Of a DNA stretch of 61,133 bases, positions 13,285 through 24,722 are shown one piece after another; the stretch's first letter is position 1; every line of letters begins with the position of its first letter. The notes under the pieces are model-generated. The model had not been told where the DNA came from, ran no database searches, and was given only the letters and a program-made list of their open reading frames with translations. The stretch comes from Asterionella formosa (lineage: Eukaryota), in the NCBI GenBank assembly GCA_002256025.1, contig NKIB01013264.1, positions 1-61,133 of the forward strand. Reading direction: 5' to 3'. Position numbers and translations under genes: made by a program.

Positions 13285-13396
13285 CATCATGCACTTATTC
13301 CCCTACTAGCTAGGGAAAGAAGTGCATGATGCATCATAGTCATCATGCACTTATTCCCCTACTAGCTAGGGAAAGAAGTGCATGATGCATCATAGT
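13285..13396. repeat. Exact 56-bp tandem duplication of a hairpin-forming unit
   Basis: CATCATGCACTTATTCCCCTACTAGCTAGGGAAAGAAGTGCATGATGCATCATAGT x2 (13285-13340 and 13341-13396). Confidence 0.9.
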
Positions 13397-13609
13397 AGTA
13401 TGATATTTCTGGATAGCAAATCTGTGGGATTCTTGATCGTATTCACATATTCAACTCTGATATCACTGGCATCCACTTTCTCTCTGATGAAGTTTTACCT
13501 GACATCACTGGCTGTGTCTTTCCTTGATCCAACCTGTTTGTTTTTTGATAGAAAAAGAACTCTTTGGTTACCTTCCGCAATTATGCTTGTGGGATAATTT
13601 CATGTGTGT

Positions 13610-14060
13610 AATTTTTGTTGTAACAGATAAGTCGTGAATGTTGTTCCTTTTGACCCGTCGCTTAGGCCAATGTATTCCGCTTTGTTGATACTGGAGACTG
13701 TTACGATATTTCGCCCTTCAAAAATCCGGGTCACTGTAGAGCACTGCCCCCCTATGGTTCCAATGTAGGCATTGGTAATCTTTCATCAAAATTCTTATCG
13801 CCAAACGATGTGTCAACAAGCGACATCTTGCACACTGCTCGTAACTTCAGCGTGTGGTTCGCTCTCTTTATCAGATCGTAAATATCCGAGCAAGCGTTTC
13901 CAAACAGCTACCCAATGTGATTCAGCTGGGCTTTCCAGATGTTGGGATAATTCATGACATGTGTTGGCGCATACTGGACATACTTTTTAATTAAGAATAG
14001 GATTTTTCCAACCATTGAAAGTACGCTGAATGCATCATTATTGCTCCTTCGTTTTCCTTA
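13610..14060 (-). mobile_element. Ty1/copia RT C-terminus / RNase H relic (third copia lineage)
   Basis: Manual minus-strand translation gives VGKILFLIKK..CPVCANTCHELSQHLESPAESHWVAVWKRLLGYL and IVTVSSINKAEYIGLSDG, matching the copia HWxAxKRxLxYL and SSTEAEY motifs. Not in the ORF track. Confidence 0.75.
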
Positions 14061-16111
14061 GAGTAGAACTTGGCTTGTCCTGTGTCATCGCTAGTGTAGG
14101 ATAATGGCCGAATATTCACATGATTCAAATTTCCTAGTCGCCTCAGAACAAGCAGTGTATTGATGCACATATATAAGTATGTCTAAATTTAACTTCGAAA
14201 TGACCTTATCAAGATTCCATAAGAATAGGAACCATGACATGAATGAAGCACATATTGAACATACATTGAAAGGCAATACAAAATCATAGGTAAAGGTATT
14301 TTCTTGCATCTTGAGCTGTTGCACCCTTTCCAAGATTTCATTTTCTCAAGTTTTCTCATTTATTTTTCTACAGTAGATAGAAATAATCATCAAGTAGCAT
14401 AAGGTATCAAGCAAATTACTATGGATTCAATGATGTCTCTACTTTTGTCATGTCTTCAAAATTGCTGAGCTAATGATGACCAAAACAAATTCTAGAGGCG
14501 ATTTCAATTTTTGTTGTCAATATTAATGCAAAACTTTTATAATTTAAAGATTACCTTGTCTATGTTAGGCTAGATATTGGTGCGAAATAGGAATGGTTTG
14601 TTGTCGATTTTCGTGGAGATATTCAGTCCAATCAGTTTGTCATGGTCAAGACAGAGACGATCAATCATCAACGCCCTACTATGGCAGTACAAATTCAAAT
14701 TTGCTTATATATACCAATTCGGTATACCCATGGAAAACTTGTCATGTGCAGATGTAATAAGCAGATACAAAAGAGCAATATAATGTGTCTCTTTGTAGTT
14801 ATATAGTTGTGTCATGATTCTGATTATTTTGTTGTTCTTGATGACAGGTCTCTTTTCGCACTCTTAAAAGGTGTTGCAGTCATGGTAGGGATATTGTTTT
14901 TATCTACTGGTGTATTTGTTGAATTCATATTGACGTTGCTGTGGATGGAGTGTCTTTCGCCATGGTTTCTTGAAATGTTACTTGAATTGATTGAGTGCTG
15001 GGTTCACTGTTCCCTGCTCGTTTGTTCCGCCACTGGACAATGCGCATTTACAGTGTTCTTGATGGTTCCCTTATTGTACTCTTATTTATTGTTGCTGTCG
15101 TGATAGAAACTTCGTTGTCATCTACTGGTATACTTGTAGAATTTGTATTGTAGTTGCTGTGGTCAATTGAGGGATCGGCTTTTCGCCATGATGGACAGCT
15201 GCTGCTGGTTGCAGCTACCAATAGTATGTGACCAGTAGAAGGATACTTGATATGCATACGTTAGAAATATTCAACTGATCATCAAGATGAATAATCAGTA
15301 CATGACAACAATTCATGTACTAAAGTTTGCGATTTCCAAAGATCTACCGCTAATATCACTCTGTCAGTGATACCCAATGAGAGACAATCAACAAATGATG
15401 ATAACCTTGAAAGTGAGAAGATTGAGTCAGCGAGATACTTGATTGCAGCTAGTATACTTTCTGCTTTTTCTGTCAAGACATGGATTAAAAACAAGAAATT
15501 CCCTGTCTTTTAACACCATCATGAACAATCCTGATGAATGTCGTCATTATGCTGAAATTTCCGCCTGTGAATCTTGTGAGATAAATTTTTTCCAATAAAT
15601 TGTTCATCTCACTGAACCTTCCAAAAAGACTACCAAAACTGCAACGATGGATGATAGAGTTGTACACATGTAGCCCAAAGAAATATGTCAAAATTGCTAT
15701 GCCAAGCAACTATAGAATTGATCATTTCAAAAAAGAAAATTCTACATTTTAAATCACTTACGTACTACTATGCATTCGGATTTTGAAATGGTTGTTTCCT
15801 GTATCCAACATATTTTCCCCTTTTTAAGGAATTGAAAAATGGCTCATATCTCGACTTGAAATTGCACTGGATGTTGAAAGTTTATGCCTTTGTGAAATAA
15901 ATTGTGAAAGGAATGAAAGTTATGCAACATATTCTCTCTAACGATTTCAAAAAAAGTATTGAAACTGCTGTGTTTGTCGAAAAATGATTTTCCTCGACGT
16001 GGAATTCCTTCCCGACATTTTCTTCTCTAAAGGAATGGAAGAAGATTCAGCCATTTACATCATGGCAAGAATATTTTGTGTTGAAGGAGACAGTTACAAG
16101 CCAACATCGGA

Positions 16112-16243
16112 AAATCAACTTATTTCCAATTTCAATGAGCATTGCAAGACAATGGAAATCAACTTATTTCCAATTTCAATGAGCATTGCAAGACAATGGA
16201 AATCAACTTATTTCCAATTTCAATGAGCATTGCAAGACAATGG
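16112..16243. repeat. Perfect 44-bp tandem repeat x3
   Basis: AAATCAACTTATTTCCAATTTCAATGAGCATTGCAAGACAATGG at 16112, 16156 and 16200. Confidence 0.95.
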
Positions 16244-16504
16244 CAAATGGGTCGATGCGGATTTTTCCTATCGCATGATCATTTCAAATAAGCTCAAGTT
16301 TAGTAATCTTTCGAGAATCAGCATAAAAACCTATTGGGAATTGTTGAGTGGCTGTATTCCCCGCTGTAATTTCAAAGTACATCAGGATGCTTCATGTAGC
16401 CAACATCAATATGGACTCCAAAATAGCACCTGCAGATGATAACAACGTCAATACAGCGATTACAGGAACAAATAAAAACTCAACAAGAATATGCTACTTA
16501 TTCG

Positions 16505-18050
16505 TTATAAGCAATACAATGATATTTAATCAATTTGGTTATGAATTGATTGATGTTGTATCGCAGTTCAATGTAGTGTCTGTTGTTGACTGGAATACAA
16601 CCGACTGGTGTGTATCATGATATACACGGCATTTTTCGGTTGTCAGGTGATTTCTTGAGGAAACCACCATGGAAGGTTTGCAAACAATCATTACACTCAA
16701 TAAACTTTGGCATGATAATGAGAATTGATTGAAGTTGTATCGCTATTCAATGTTGCATCCATTTTTGGCTAGATCACAACCGATTGTTGTGTTTAATACT
16801 AGCATGCACAGCACCCTTCGGTTGTCAAGTAAATTCTTGAGGGAATCATCACAGAAGGTTTACAAACACTTAAAACATTCAATATACTCTGGCATTATAA
16901 GGCGAAAACAATCACATCATCAAGGCTTGAGGAACAATGTAAGATGGATGTTGTCAAACAATCATTCAAATCGTTGTGTCTATTGTTGGCTGGAGCACCG
17001 ACTGTGGCTGCATGTTCAATGCGTTCAGGGGCACCATTCAGTTGTCACATGAATTCTTGGTGGAAAAATCATCACAGAACATTTGCAAACAAACAAATTC
17101 TGTGGCATGATAATGGAAAAAGACAAATCATAAAGGCTTGAGTAACAATAAAATCATTCAAATCGTTGTCTCTGTTTGAGTGCTGAAGATGGAGCGAAAA
17201 ACGGAGCAAGTGATGATGATGGAAAAAAGCCTATTAATTTTACTGGTACATCACCCAACGAGAAATGAAATACAGGAACGAAATGAAAACAATACTTTAA
17301 AAAATTGAATATGCATAGTCCATAAGTTTTCCATTTAATTTATGACGATATTTATTATACATATTAGATAATAAATTGAAATTATACATTCATATGAAGG
17401 GGAATTGGTTGGGCACATTGTCTTTGATTTGAAGTTGTGTGGTTCGATTAACGCAATTATTTTGAGAAGCAATTGTTGGGTTTGACTCCTACACTACTCA
17501 CCGTCCCAGGCAGTCTTGCCTGTGCTGGTGTACAAGGAAAAGTGGGTTGCCCTCCTACAAGTAGTGTGCCGCCTTCCTAGGCGGTCGGAGTTTCCCCTAA
17601 CGCTGCAGCTACTACTATGCTAACAAAACTAGGCACATGGACTTGCTGGCAGGCCGTGCTACGAAATTCCACATGTAACTCCGTGGTCTTAGAAAGCGCG
17701 TCATAAGTGCTGAGTTTCATTTCTTAAATAATGCATATCATGGTCACCATAAGATGTATCACATGAATAAGATGTTTTCTATTTGCAGACGGAATGACAA
17801 GAATTTATTATACGCTCTATTACTTAAAGGTTATAAGCAATACAATGACATTTATTAAATGCAGTTATGAATTGATTGACATTGTATCGCTGTTGTTGCA
17901 TCTGTTGTTGACTGGATAACAACCGGCTGTGTATGATATGCATGATGGCATCCTTTGGTTGTTGTTGTCAGGTGAATTTCTTGAGGGAATCATCACAGAA
18001 GGTTTACAAACACTCAAGACACTCAATACACTCTGGCATGATAATGACAA
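16505..18050. repeat. ~200-bp degenerate repeat units (16.5, 16.7, 16.95 and 17.85 kb); inverted copy at ~48385-48605
   Basis: Recurring TTCTTGAGG.AA.CA.CA..GAAGGTTT.CAAACA and TGGCAT.ATAA blocks. Confidence 0.75.
17399..17733 (+). mobile_element. tRNA-derived SINE-like element, copy 2
   Basis: Aligns to 11402-11741. Its flanks are contiguous without the element in the paralogous sequence at ~41400-41510. Confidence 0.75.
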
Positions 18051-18806
18051 TCAATTCGGACTTTACATCAGCCATGTTGGGCAGGTTTGTTATATTTAGA
18101 TCACAAGATCTGTTTATAAATGGCTGTGTTTAAGTATCTACTCGCTCAGGTGCAGTATACTGTGGTATACTTCACTAGCTAGGTAGTTTTGCTGGTTAGT
18201 ATGAGACAATAAATTAGGAACAGTTTCTCCCTATCTGTTAATTGCAATTCTATTTTTGTCTTTCTAGCTCGCTCATCCAAATTGAGTACCTTGCTCAATC
18301 CAACTCCCACTGTTCCTCTCAATATTTCTTATCCAGAAAATTCATCTAGATTTTTATAATGCATTGCATGATAGTTGACTCTTTCCATTTGCCTATCATA
18401 CCCTCACCTTCATCTTGGATTCATGGCCTCATTATCGATATATTCATTAGTATCATCCAAATGATACTCAAATATTACTTGAGAAGATTAATCCACAATC
18501 CTCACCTCTCGAGGCAATATTCTAGTAACGTGCACACATACTGGCATCTTTGTCCTTGGCAAACTTGCCGTTAATCGAACGAATCAATTTGATGCGCTCA
18601 TACGACTAATTTTGGAGCCGAGCATCACAGCAGCCACTGAAGCATTGATATAATGCTTGCTTTTGCCAATCATGCATGCATACTATGGGCTACCCGTGAC
18701 CTGTGCCGCATGATGGTCGTCGTTGCACCACACCATCAATTATTCCAGTGTGCGACAGTTCTCATTTGTCGTTGGATTAACTATCGAATTAACAGCAACC
18801 CGAACA

Positions 18807-19658
18807 ATGTCATCATCATCATCATCATCATCGTCCATGATCTTATTAGCCGGCGGCGCCATTGTAGTTGCTGCCCTTGCTGCGCCATTTGTTTTCCCCA
18901 TTCGCAAAAAGCAAGACGACGAATTCATCAGTGCTGATGAAGTGGTGAAGATATGGGATCGTCTCTTTTTGGAAACACAACAAGTCGTTGCTTCGACGGC
19001 CCAACAACTCCAGCAACTCATTCAAATGGGCGCAATTCCAGAATCGCAAGCGAGGAATATCATTGCCAATGCAATTATTGAGTCGCTACCGAAATCGCAA
19101 GCCAAGGTATGCAATGAATTTGGTGTAGATTATGATTGTCTGGAGGAGGCCACATGGGAGTTTATTGAAGAAGCTGATCAGAAGGTGCAAAAGGCGGTCG
19201 AACGCTTTCAATCACTGTTCGCTAATTTTGCGGGAAACAGAGAATTTGTCGGAAAGCGTCCTGCTAAATTGAATACTGTTGCGGAGGGAAGCAACAGCAC
19301 ACCACGAGGTGCCACGGACGTTGACGATGTCGAGACGGAGCTACTTTCAGCAGACGAACTTATCGAAGCTGCCCAAGCCTTTTTCACTGCCGCCACTGCT
19401 GCTGCAAAGATGGTCACGGATGCGGCCAAGACCGATGGATTGGACTTACAGAACCCAGCGGCGGCCCAAGCCCTGGTCCAAGAACTAGGGGCTGTTACTG
19501 AGTCTTTGACGGAAGAGGCCTTGAAGACTTTTGGATTGACCACGGCTAGCTTTCAAGCCGCCATTACAGCACAAGCACAAAATCCAAAGATTGGAAGGGC
19601 CTTGATGATTGTCCAGCAGGAGCATATGGTGGCCATGCAAGCAATGGGATTGGCTTAA
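18807..19658 (+). CDS. Hypothetical protein (283 aa), N-terminal hydrophobic anchor, helical Ala/Gln/Glu-rich body
   Basis: Uninterrupted ORF with coding-like composition. First ATG at 18807 (MSSSSSSSSSMILLAGGAIVVAALAAPFVFP). Confidence 0.8.
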   Translation: MSSSSSSSSSMILLAGGAIVVAALAAPFVFPIRKKQDDEFISADEVVKIWDRLFLETQQVVASTAQQLQQLIQMGAIPESQARNIIANAIIESLPKSQAKVCNEFGVDYDCLEEATWEFIEEADQKVQKAVERFQSLFANFAGNREFVGKRPAKLNTVAEGSNSTPRGATDVDDVETELLSADELIEAAQAFFTAATAAAKMVTDAAKTDGLDLQNPAAAQALVQELGAVTESLTEEALKTFGLTTASFQAAITAQAQNPKIGRALMIVQQEHMVAMQAMGLA

Positions 19659-20069
19659 ACTTTTTTCCTTGTTGCACAAATTAAAGGTTTCGCTTAATGT
19701 GGAAGTAATGTTGTTGCCGTTTCCCCTGAATTTACTAGTTGCTGCATTTTTTTAAATTCATAAATCGAAAGAAAAACGTTTTTTCGTGGCAATTACAAAT
19801 CCATCGCTAGTTCTGGTTGCCAGTCTCCGGTTATGAACTTGGACGACTACCGCCGTCGGCAACCAAATACTGTATTCGTTTGTTGCCTGCAATTCGAGTG
19901 GAAGCGCATATCTACCGATAGCAACATGAGTCTGGATGTCAATAACAATTTGACCTAACACGGTGCTCCCCAGTTCACATAACTTTAGCTGGTATCGTAT
20001 CCCCATTGTGACTACTTGAAGCTAATAAAAATGTAAAATAATGTAGTTGTACTACACAACTGTAGCGAA

Positions 20070-23000
20070 CTAAATCTCAAACCTGCTATCATTATCTCCA
20101 TACGGATCGTACTTTAAATTTTCCGCAACAGTCGCTGCTACTCTCGATGCATAGTAATCGTCGTCGTATGAAGCTTGCATGGCTTCCTTGTAACGACGAT
20201 TTCTAGTCGACGCATCTTGGGGTGGAGGCCTTAATGAAATCTTGGTGGAAGTCTTCTCAATGACCAGAGGGCTTCTGGAGGAAAAAGGGGAAAAAGGATT
20301 ATCACTTTTCCCAAAATTGAAGAAAGAATCATCATCATCATCTACAATAAAAGGATCAAACACATTCTTCTGCTCTATTGACGAAGAGATTCCAACAAAG
20401 TTGTCATTGGCCCGGGGAGAAAAGGGATCCTGATCTTGTGGAGGGTTTCCATTTGAACTAGAAGGAGCCAATGCTGATGACCCACTTTGCGATCGATTAG
20501 AAGATATTTGCTGCGACTTAGGTTGCGGAGATTCATTCGGCATCGCCTTTTGAGACGAGCCGTTAGCGGACATATCCTGCCTTTGTGTGGATCTACTTGG
20601 CGAGGAGTTCATGGGCATCCTTGCGTTAGCTGTAGAAGGTCGCAAGTCCCGTGGAGCCATTAGATCCTCCTCGGTAACACCATCGGAGGCTGACGTGTTG
20701 GCCGAAGACGCAGATGAATCGTCATCACGTGAGGCAACCAAATAATCTGGATCCTGGTCACCCCAGCGGTCTTGGTCAACATCTTCGTGATCAGTGTTTT
20801 GAAAGTACTGCAGAATGGATACAGCTTCTCTCGGTGTACGCGGCGGCGACGTACTGTGAGCAGAGACCACCTGTGGACTGTGCATTTCCTGCCAATCCTC
20901 GATCGCAGTGTCGCGCTCTAAAGGGCCTGGAGGGTAATCATGTTCGCTTCCTGCCCCAGATGATGTCGGGTAATCCAAGGCAGCGCCCGCCTCTACTTGA
21001 TCCAACATTTGTACAGCGGTAAGGGCGTCGTGGAACCGTACCGACTTCTTGTCAATATCGTCTCTCATCATTCCTTGTCCCCGATACGACTCTTTTAAGA
21101 CTGGAGGAGCTCTGTTTGGAGATCCTTTACCGGTTGGGGAATTTCCCCAAATGCACGCTTCGATGGTCTTTGCTCTAACTGAAACAGGCAACGGCTGCTC
21201 AGTCATACTGTCACAGCCTGCTGCACCAAATGAGGTCGGGTCATGAAACAAAGCAGATGAAATAGCAGTTGAACCAGCTTCGCTAGCTCCTGCATTGAAA
21301 CCTTCAATATTCATCCCGACAAGATGATGTAAGCTTGATGAATCAAGGTTCCGATCCATTGTGGTATGAGCTGACCCTCGCATTTGATGCCATTCCGGTG
21401 CTCCACTCAGCTGATAATTGCCTTCCTTGTTTGAAGACTCGAGCCCATCGTTCATTGCAGATTCATGGGTGGAACGATTCCCTTCAATGTCCTGATTTGG
21501 ACTCTTACGACGAGGTGAAATGGTAGAAGTTAAATTCCGTTGATATGCAAATTCTATTTTTCGATCAAAACTGCTTGTTTGATCCTGAACTGCATCAGGA
21601 CCGAGAAATTCAGTTTCCGAATCAGAAACATGAAGATTTAAAGGGTCACTCTCGACTGATAATGCGTTTTCCATCGAACTAGACTTATCAAGAATCGATT
21701 GGAATTGAATAGGCAATTCTGATTTCTTCGGAGTGGCACTTGTATTCCTCGAATCACTCTCGTCATATAATTCTTCTGAGTCTCGAAATTGGAGTTGATT
21801 GAGACCATAATCAGTTCGTATCACTGAATCAGCTGCCAAAGCAGCAAGCGACTTCACCGGAGACTCCGTGGCGAAACGGGGGACCATTTGGCTTGGCGGA
21901 GGACGAATCAAAGCATCTTTAGTTATCGATTCTGGAGCACTCGATATTGTAACCTTTGTCCCCATAGGAGAAGAAATCCCTTTCTCCTGGACTGGCGAAG
22001 AAATCGTGTCACTCGCATCCGATGCTTCTTGACGGGGTGGCCCTATATTGCTTGTTTGACGTGGCTTTGTCACTGGAACTGCTGACCAAGACTGGACCCT
22101 GCTAGAGCCGGCATCTTGTGATCTCTGATAAAATTCTCGTTGCTGCAATGTGGGTATTGATTTATGAGCCCAAGAAGGCTTTTTAGAATCTGATGTAATC
22201 TGACCAGCTGAAGGTGCAACAGAAGATAAGGCAGATTGGGTGGACAGGGGAGAAGGGCGTGTCTTCCAGGAATTCGATGGCAACACTGCTGAAGGCCCGA
22301 TTTTTGGTTCTCCTGGAGATGAAGGACGGTTCATACAGTTCTGTGCTGTTCCTGGAGAAAATGGTACCAAGGAGGGTAGAGCAGCAGAGCCATCGCTTGA
22401 ATACAATGATCTACTTGCCTGCATAGTATGCGCCTTGAAAGATTTCCCATGATCTCCATTCGACGATATCCAAGTTTGCGCAACAACGTTTGTACTGCTT
22501 GAAACACCATTTTTTTGTGATCCACTACTAGCAACTCCAGTTGCTGCTCGCTTCACTGTCGCTCCAAAAGCTGCTCTTAACATGGCCACAGTAGCTGGCG
22601 ATTCGGTTTCAATTACCACGCGATCATCACTTACACACGGCGGAAGCGAATCTGGTTCTTTCCCTGCAAGCTCTGGAGACGGTGGATTCGATTCACAAGG
22701 CCTCGTCCCCTGCGGCTGCCATGGCTCAAGCTTAGAAGAAGACAGTGTCTCTTGCTTTTGAGCCCACGGCGCAGTCTGCCGAGAAATAGAAGAGGTACTT
22801 TTCCGTTCAAGCACTTCAGGAAACTGGGCATTGGTCGGAACTTGTGACTGCTCTGATCTTGTGCCTATTTCATGTCGCATCGATGCTTGCTCCTGCTTTT
22901 GCCAAGGTTGGTCATGCCTCGCATCCTCGGTGAGTCCAACTGTCGTCAATGATGCACTCAACAGATCTACAGGAGGTTGAATATTATGAGTTGAGTTTGA

Positions 23001-24722
23001 CGAACTTGGTTTTTGCCAAGAAGCAAACGACTTCTGCTGGTGCTGCGGAGGAGGCCATTGTCTGGCCGGGGATTTTGGCTTAGTTTCTTGCGCTGTCTGC
23101 TGCGACACTGTTGAGGTTTTTTGCAATGATGGTTGCTTTACCTCAACCCTTTCTTTGCTATCATTCACCTGTAATGCTCGCCATGGTGAGATTTTGCTTG
23201 GCTGTTGAACTTCCTGAGCTGGCGAGCTTTGTCCTTGATGCTGCTGTGACGCTGTTGTTCTTGTCCAAGATACTTTCCCTTGTGCGCCGCCTTGATTGGA
23301 CATATACGCAACTGGAGTATGACTTGCTTTCAACGACATCTGAGCAATTCCCCCCTTCTCCGGAGTAGAACTAAGCAACGGACTAGAAAGCTGTTTCGGT
23401 GGAGGCCACTGGGGTGTTTTTGGCCTGTCTTCCTCAGCCGAAATGAGAGGAGTACTACTCCCGTTGTCCGAAGGAGAAGAAGAAATGAAACTAGGACTAG
23501 CGATTTGTTTCGGTGGCGGCCACTGTCGAGTTCTTGGTTTTTGCTTGTCATCACTTTCGGGATGCGGGTCCGCTTTCCCCTGCCACTTTTTAGAAGCACC
23601 TTGACTGAAGGACTTCATCTTTGTTGTTGCATGCGCACCCACAACATTCTCGTCGATGTCGCGCGATGGACTTGACGCAAGCTTTCTCATGTCGCCAGAG
23701 TCGGAACAACTCGACATACTTGCTTCTTTATTCGTTATATGATTGATCAAAGGCTCATTAACCACTTGAAGCTTCGTCGATGCCGATGGCTTCCGTCGTA
23801 GTGAATCTCGACTCCACGGAGCGGCTGACGTCAAAGGTGGATGTGCGAGAATGCTGCGCTGACTTCGATCTGTTAGTGATAAGTAATTTTGCTGGGGTAT
23901 AGATTCCGAAATGATTGGAGCTAGTTCTGACGATGCTTGCCTTATAGAATTTGTTGTTGATGGTGGTAATGCAGGTTTCGACATCGAATTTACCATCGAC
24001 AACGGCGGCGCCTTCGACGACAGAAAACTCCGACTTCGTTCAGCATGACTTGACGAAATGACTAAATTTTGATTCTGATTCGCTCGTGACGAGCTGTCGT
24101 CGTCGATCCTCATTTCAACAGTAGCATCTTGAATGTGAGTATTAACAGTGGGAGTGGATCTAGTGGATATTAGTGCCACCGCCTCTATCCTGGTTGGAGC
24201 AACAGACCTAGACCTCCAATCCCCACTTAATTTTGTGAAAGAGGTTGAAGTGACTTTTTCGGTAGACGATTCAACTCGATAGGAGGATAATGTCGGAGGC
24301 GAGTCCTCCATCGGCTGTGAGTCAGTCCAATTTGGAAAAGGTCGCGGAGGCGAACCATGTATCATCGAGGTTGGAGAGCATCCTCGTTCCTTGGACCGGA
24401 GTGGTGAAGACATTGGACTTGAACAAGGAGAATCTTTAAGTTGTCGGCGGTCATTAATTCTGTTCCGTCGCTGTGAGAGCGATTCTCCAGCAAGCCGTGA
24501 CGGCGCGGACGCTATTGATCGTTCTTCGGTGTGTAATCCCTTTGCCTTGCCAGCTTCCAAAACATCAACGAGCTTGGTTTTGCGAGTTTCAGTGGGCGCT
24601 TCTTTCGTAACTGAGGCGCTTGTCGACGTGACCGACTGAGATGACATCATCGCCCAATGTCGATGTTTCTTCGTTCGCTGCAGTCGCTCTGCCATTCGGT
24701 CCGATCTGCTCCGGGTCGCCAT
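20070..24722 (-). CDS. Large Ser/Pro/Gln-rich, probably intrinsically disordered protein (~1550 aa)
   Basis: 4.65-kb intronless ORF; first ATG at 24722 (MATRSRSD). Three QWPPP repeats and C-terminal DPF/NPF motifs; no globular domain recognised. Confidence 0.85.
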   Translation of the reverse strand: MATRSRSDRMAERLQRTKKHRHWAMMSSQSVTSTSASVTKEAPTETRKTKLVDVLEAGKAKGLHTEERSIASAPSRLAGESLSQRRNRINDRRQLKDSPCSSPMSSPLRSKERGCSPTSMIHGSPPRPFPNWTDSQPMEDSPPTLSSYRVESSTEKVTSTSFTKLSGDWRSRSVAPTRIEAVALISTRSTPTVNTHIQDATVEMRIDDDSSSRANQNQNLVISSSHAERSRSFLSSKAPPLSMVNSMSKPALPPSTTNSIRQASSELAPIISESIPQQNYLSLTDRSQRSILAHPPLTSAAPWSRDSLRRKPSASTKLQVVNEPLINHITNKEASMSSCSDSGDMRKLASSPSRDIDENVVGAHATTKMKSFSQGASKKWQGKADPHPESDDKQKPRTRQWPPPKQIASPSFISSSPSDNGSSTPLISAEEDRPKTPQWPPPKQLSSPLLSSTPEKGGIAQMSLKASHTPVAYMSNQGGAQGKVSWTRTTASQQHQGQSSPAQEVQQPSKISPWRALQVNDSKERVEVKQPSLQKTSTVSQQTAQETKPKSPARQWPPPQHQQKSFASWQKPSSSNSTHNIQPPVDLLSASLTTVGLTEDARHDQPWQKQEQASMRHEIGTRSEQSQVPTNAQFPEVLERKSTSSISRQTAPWAQKQETLSSSKLEPWQPQGTRPCESNPPSPELAGKEPDSLPPCVSDDRVVIETESPATVAMLRAAFGATVKRAATGVASSGSQKNGVSSSTNVVAQTWISSNGDHGKSFKAHTMQASRSLYSSDGSAALPSLVPFSPGTAQNCMNRPSSPGEPKIGPSAVLPSNSWKTRPSPLSTQSALSSVAPSAGQITSDSKKPSWAHKSIPTLQQREFYQRSQDAGSSRVQSWSAVPVTKPRQTSNIGPPRQEASDASDTISSPVQEKGISSPMGTKVTISSAPESITKDALIRPPPSQMVPRFATESPVKSLAALAADSVIRTDYGLNQLQFRDSEELYDESDSRNTSATPKKSELPIQFQSILDKSSSMENALSVESDPLNLHVSDSETEFLGPDAVQDQTSSFDRKIEFAYQRNLTSTISPRRKSPNQDIEGNRSTHESAMNDGLESSNKEGNYQLSGAPEWHQMRGSAHTTMDRNLDSSSLHHLVGMNIEGFNAGASEAGSTAISSALFHDPTSFGAAGCDSMTEQPLPVSVRAKTIEACIWGNSPTGKGSPNRAPPVLKESYRGQGMMRDDIDKKSVRFHDALTAVQMLDQVEAGAALDYPTSSGAGSEHDYPPGPLERDTAIEDWQEMHSPQVVSAHSTSPPRTPREAVSILQYFQNTDHEDVDQDRWGDQDPDYLVASRDDDSSASSANTSASDGVTEEDLMAPRDLRPSTANARMPMNSSPSRSTQRQDMSANGSSQKAMPNESPQPKSQQISSNRSQSGSSALAPSSSNGNPPQDQDPFSPRANDNFVGISSSIEQKNVFDPFIVDDDDDSFFNFGKSDNPFSPFSSRSPLVIEKTSTKISLRPPPQDASTRNRRYKEAMQASYDDDYYASRVAATVAENLKYDPYGDNDSRFEI

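Noticed and set aside
16112..16243. 44-bp repeats as a CRISPR array
   Set aside because: Units are head-to-tail with no spacers, there are no cas genes, and the context is eukaryotic.
17650..17720. HDV-like or hammerhead ribozyme in the SINE tail
   Set aside because: A TTCCAC(G/A)TGT loop-like word is present, but I could not build the required nested helices or find a hammerhead core by eye. An Infernal/RNArobo search would be needed.
20242..24639. Numerous short ORFs overlapping the 1550-aa gene
   Set aside because: Antisense or alternate-frame shadows of a long coding sequence.
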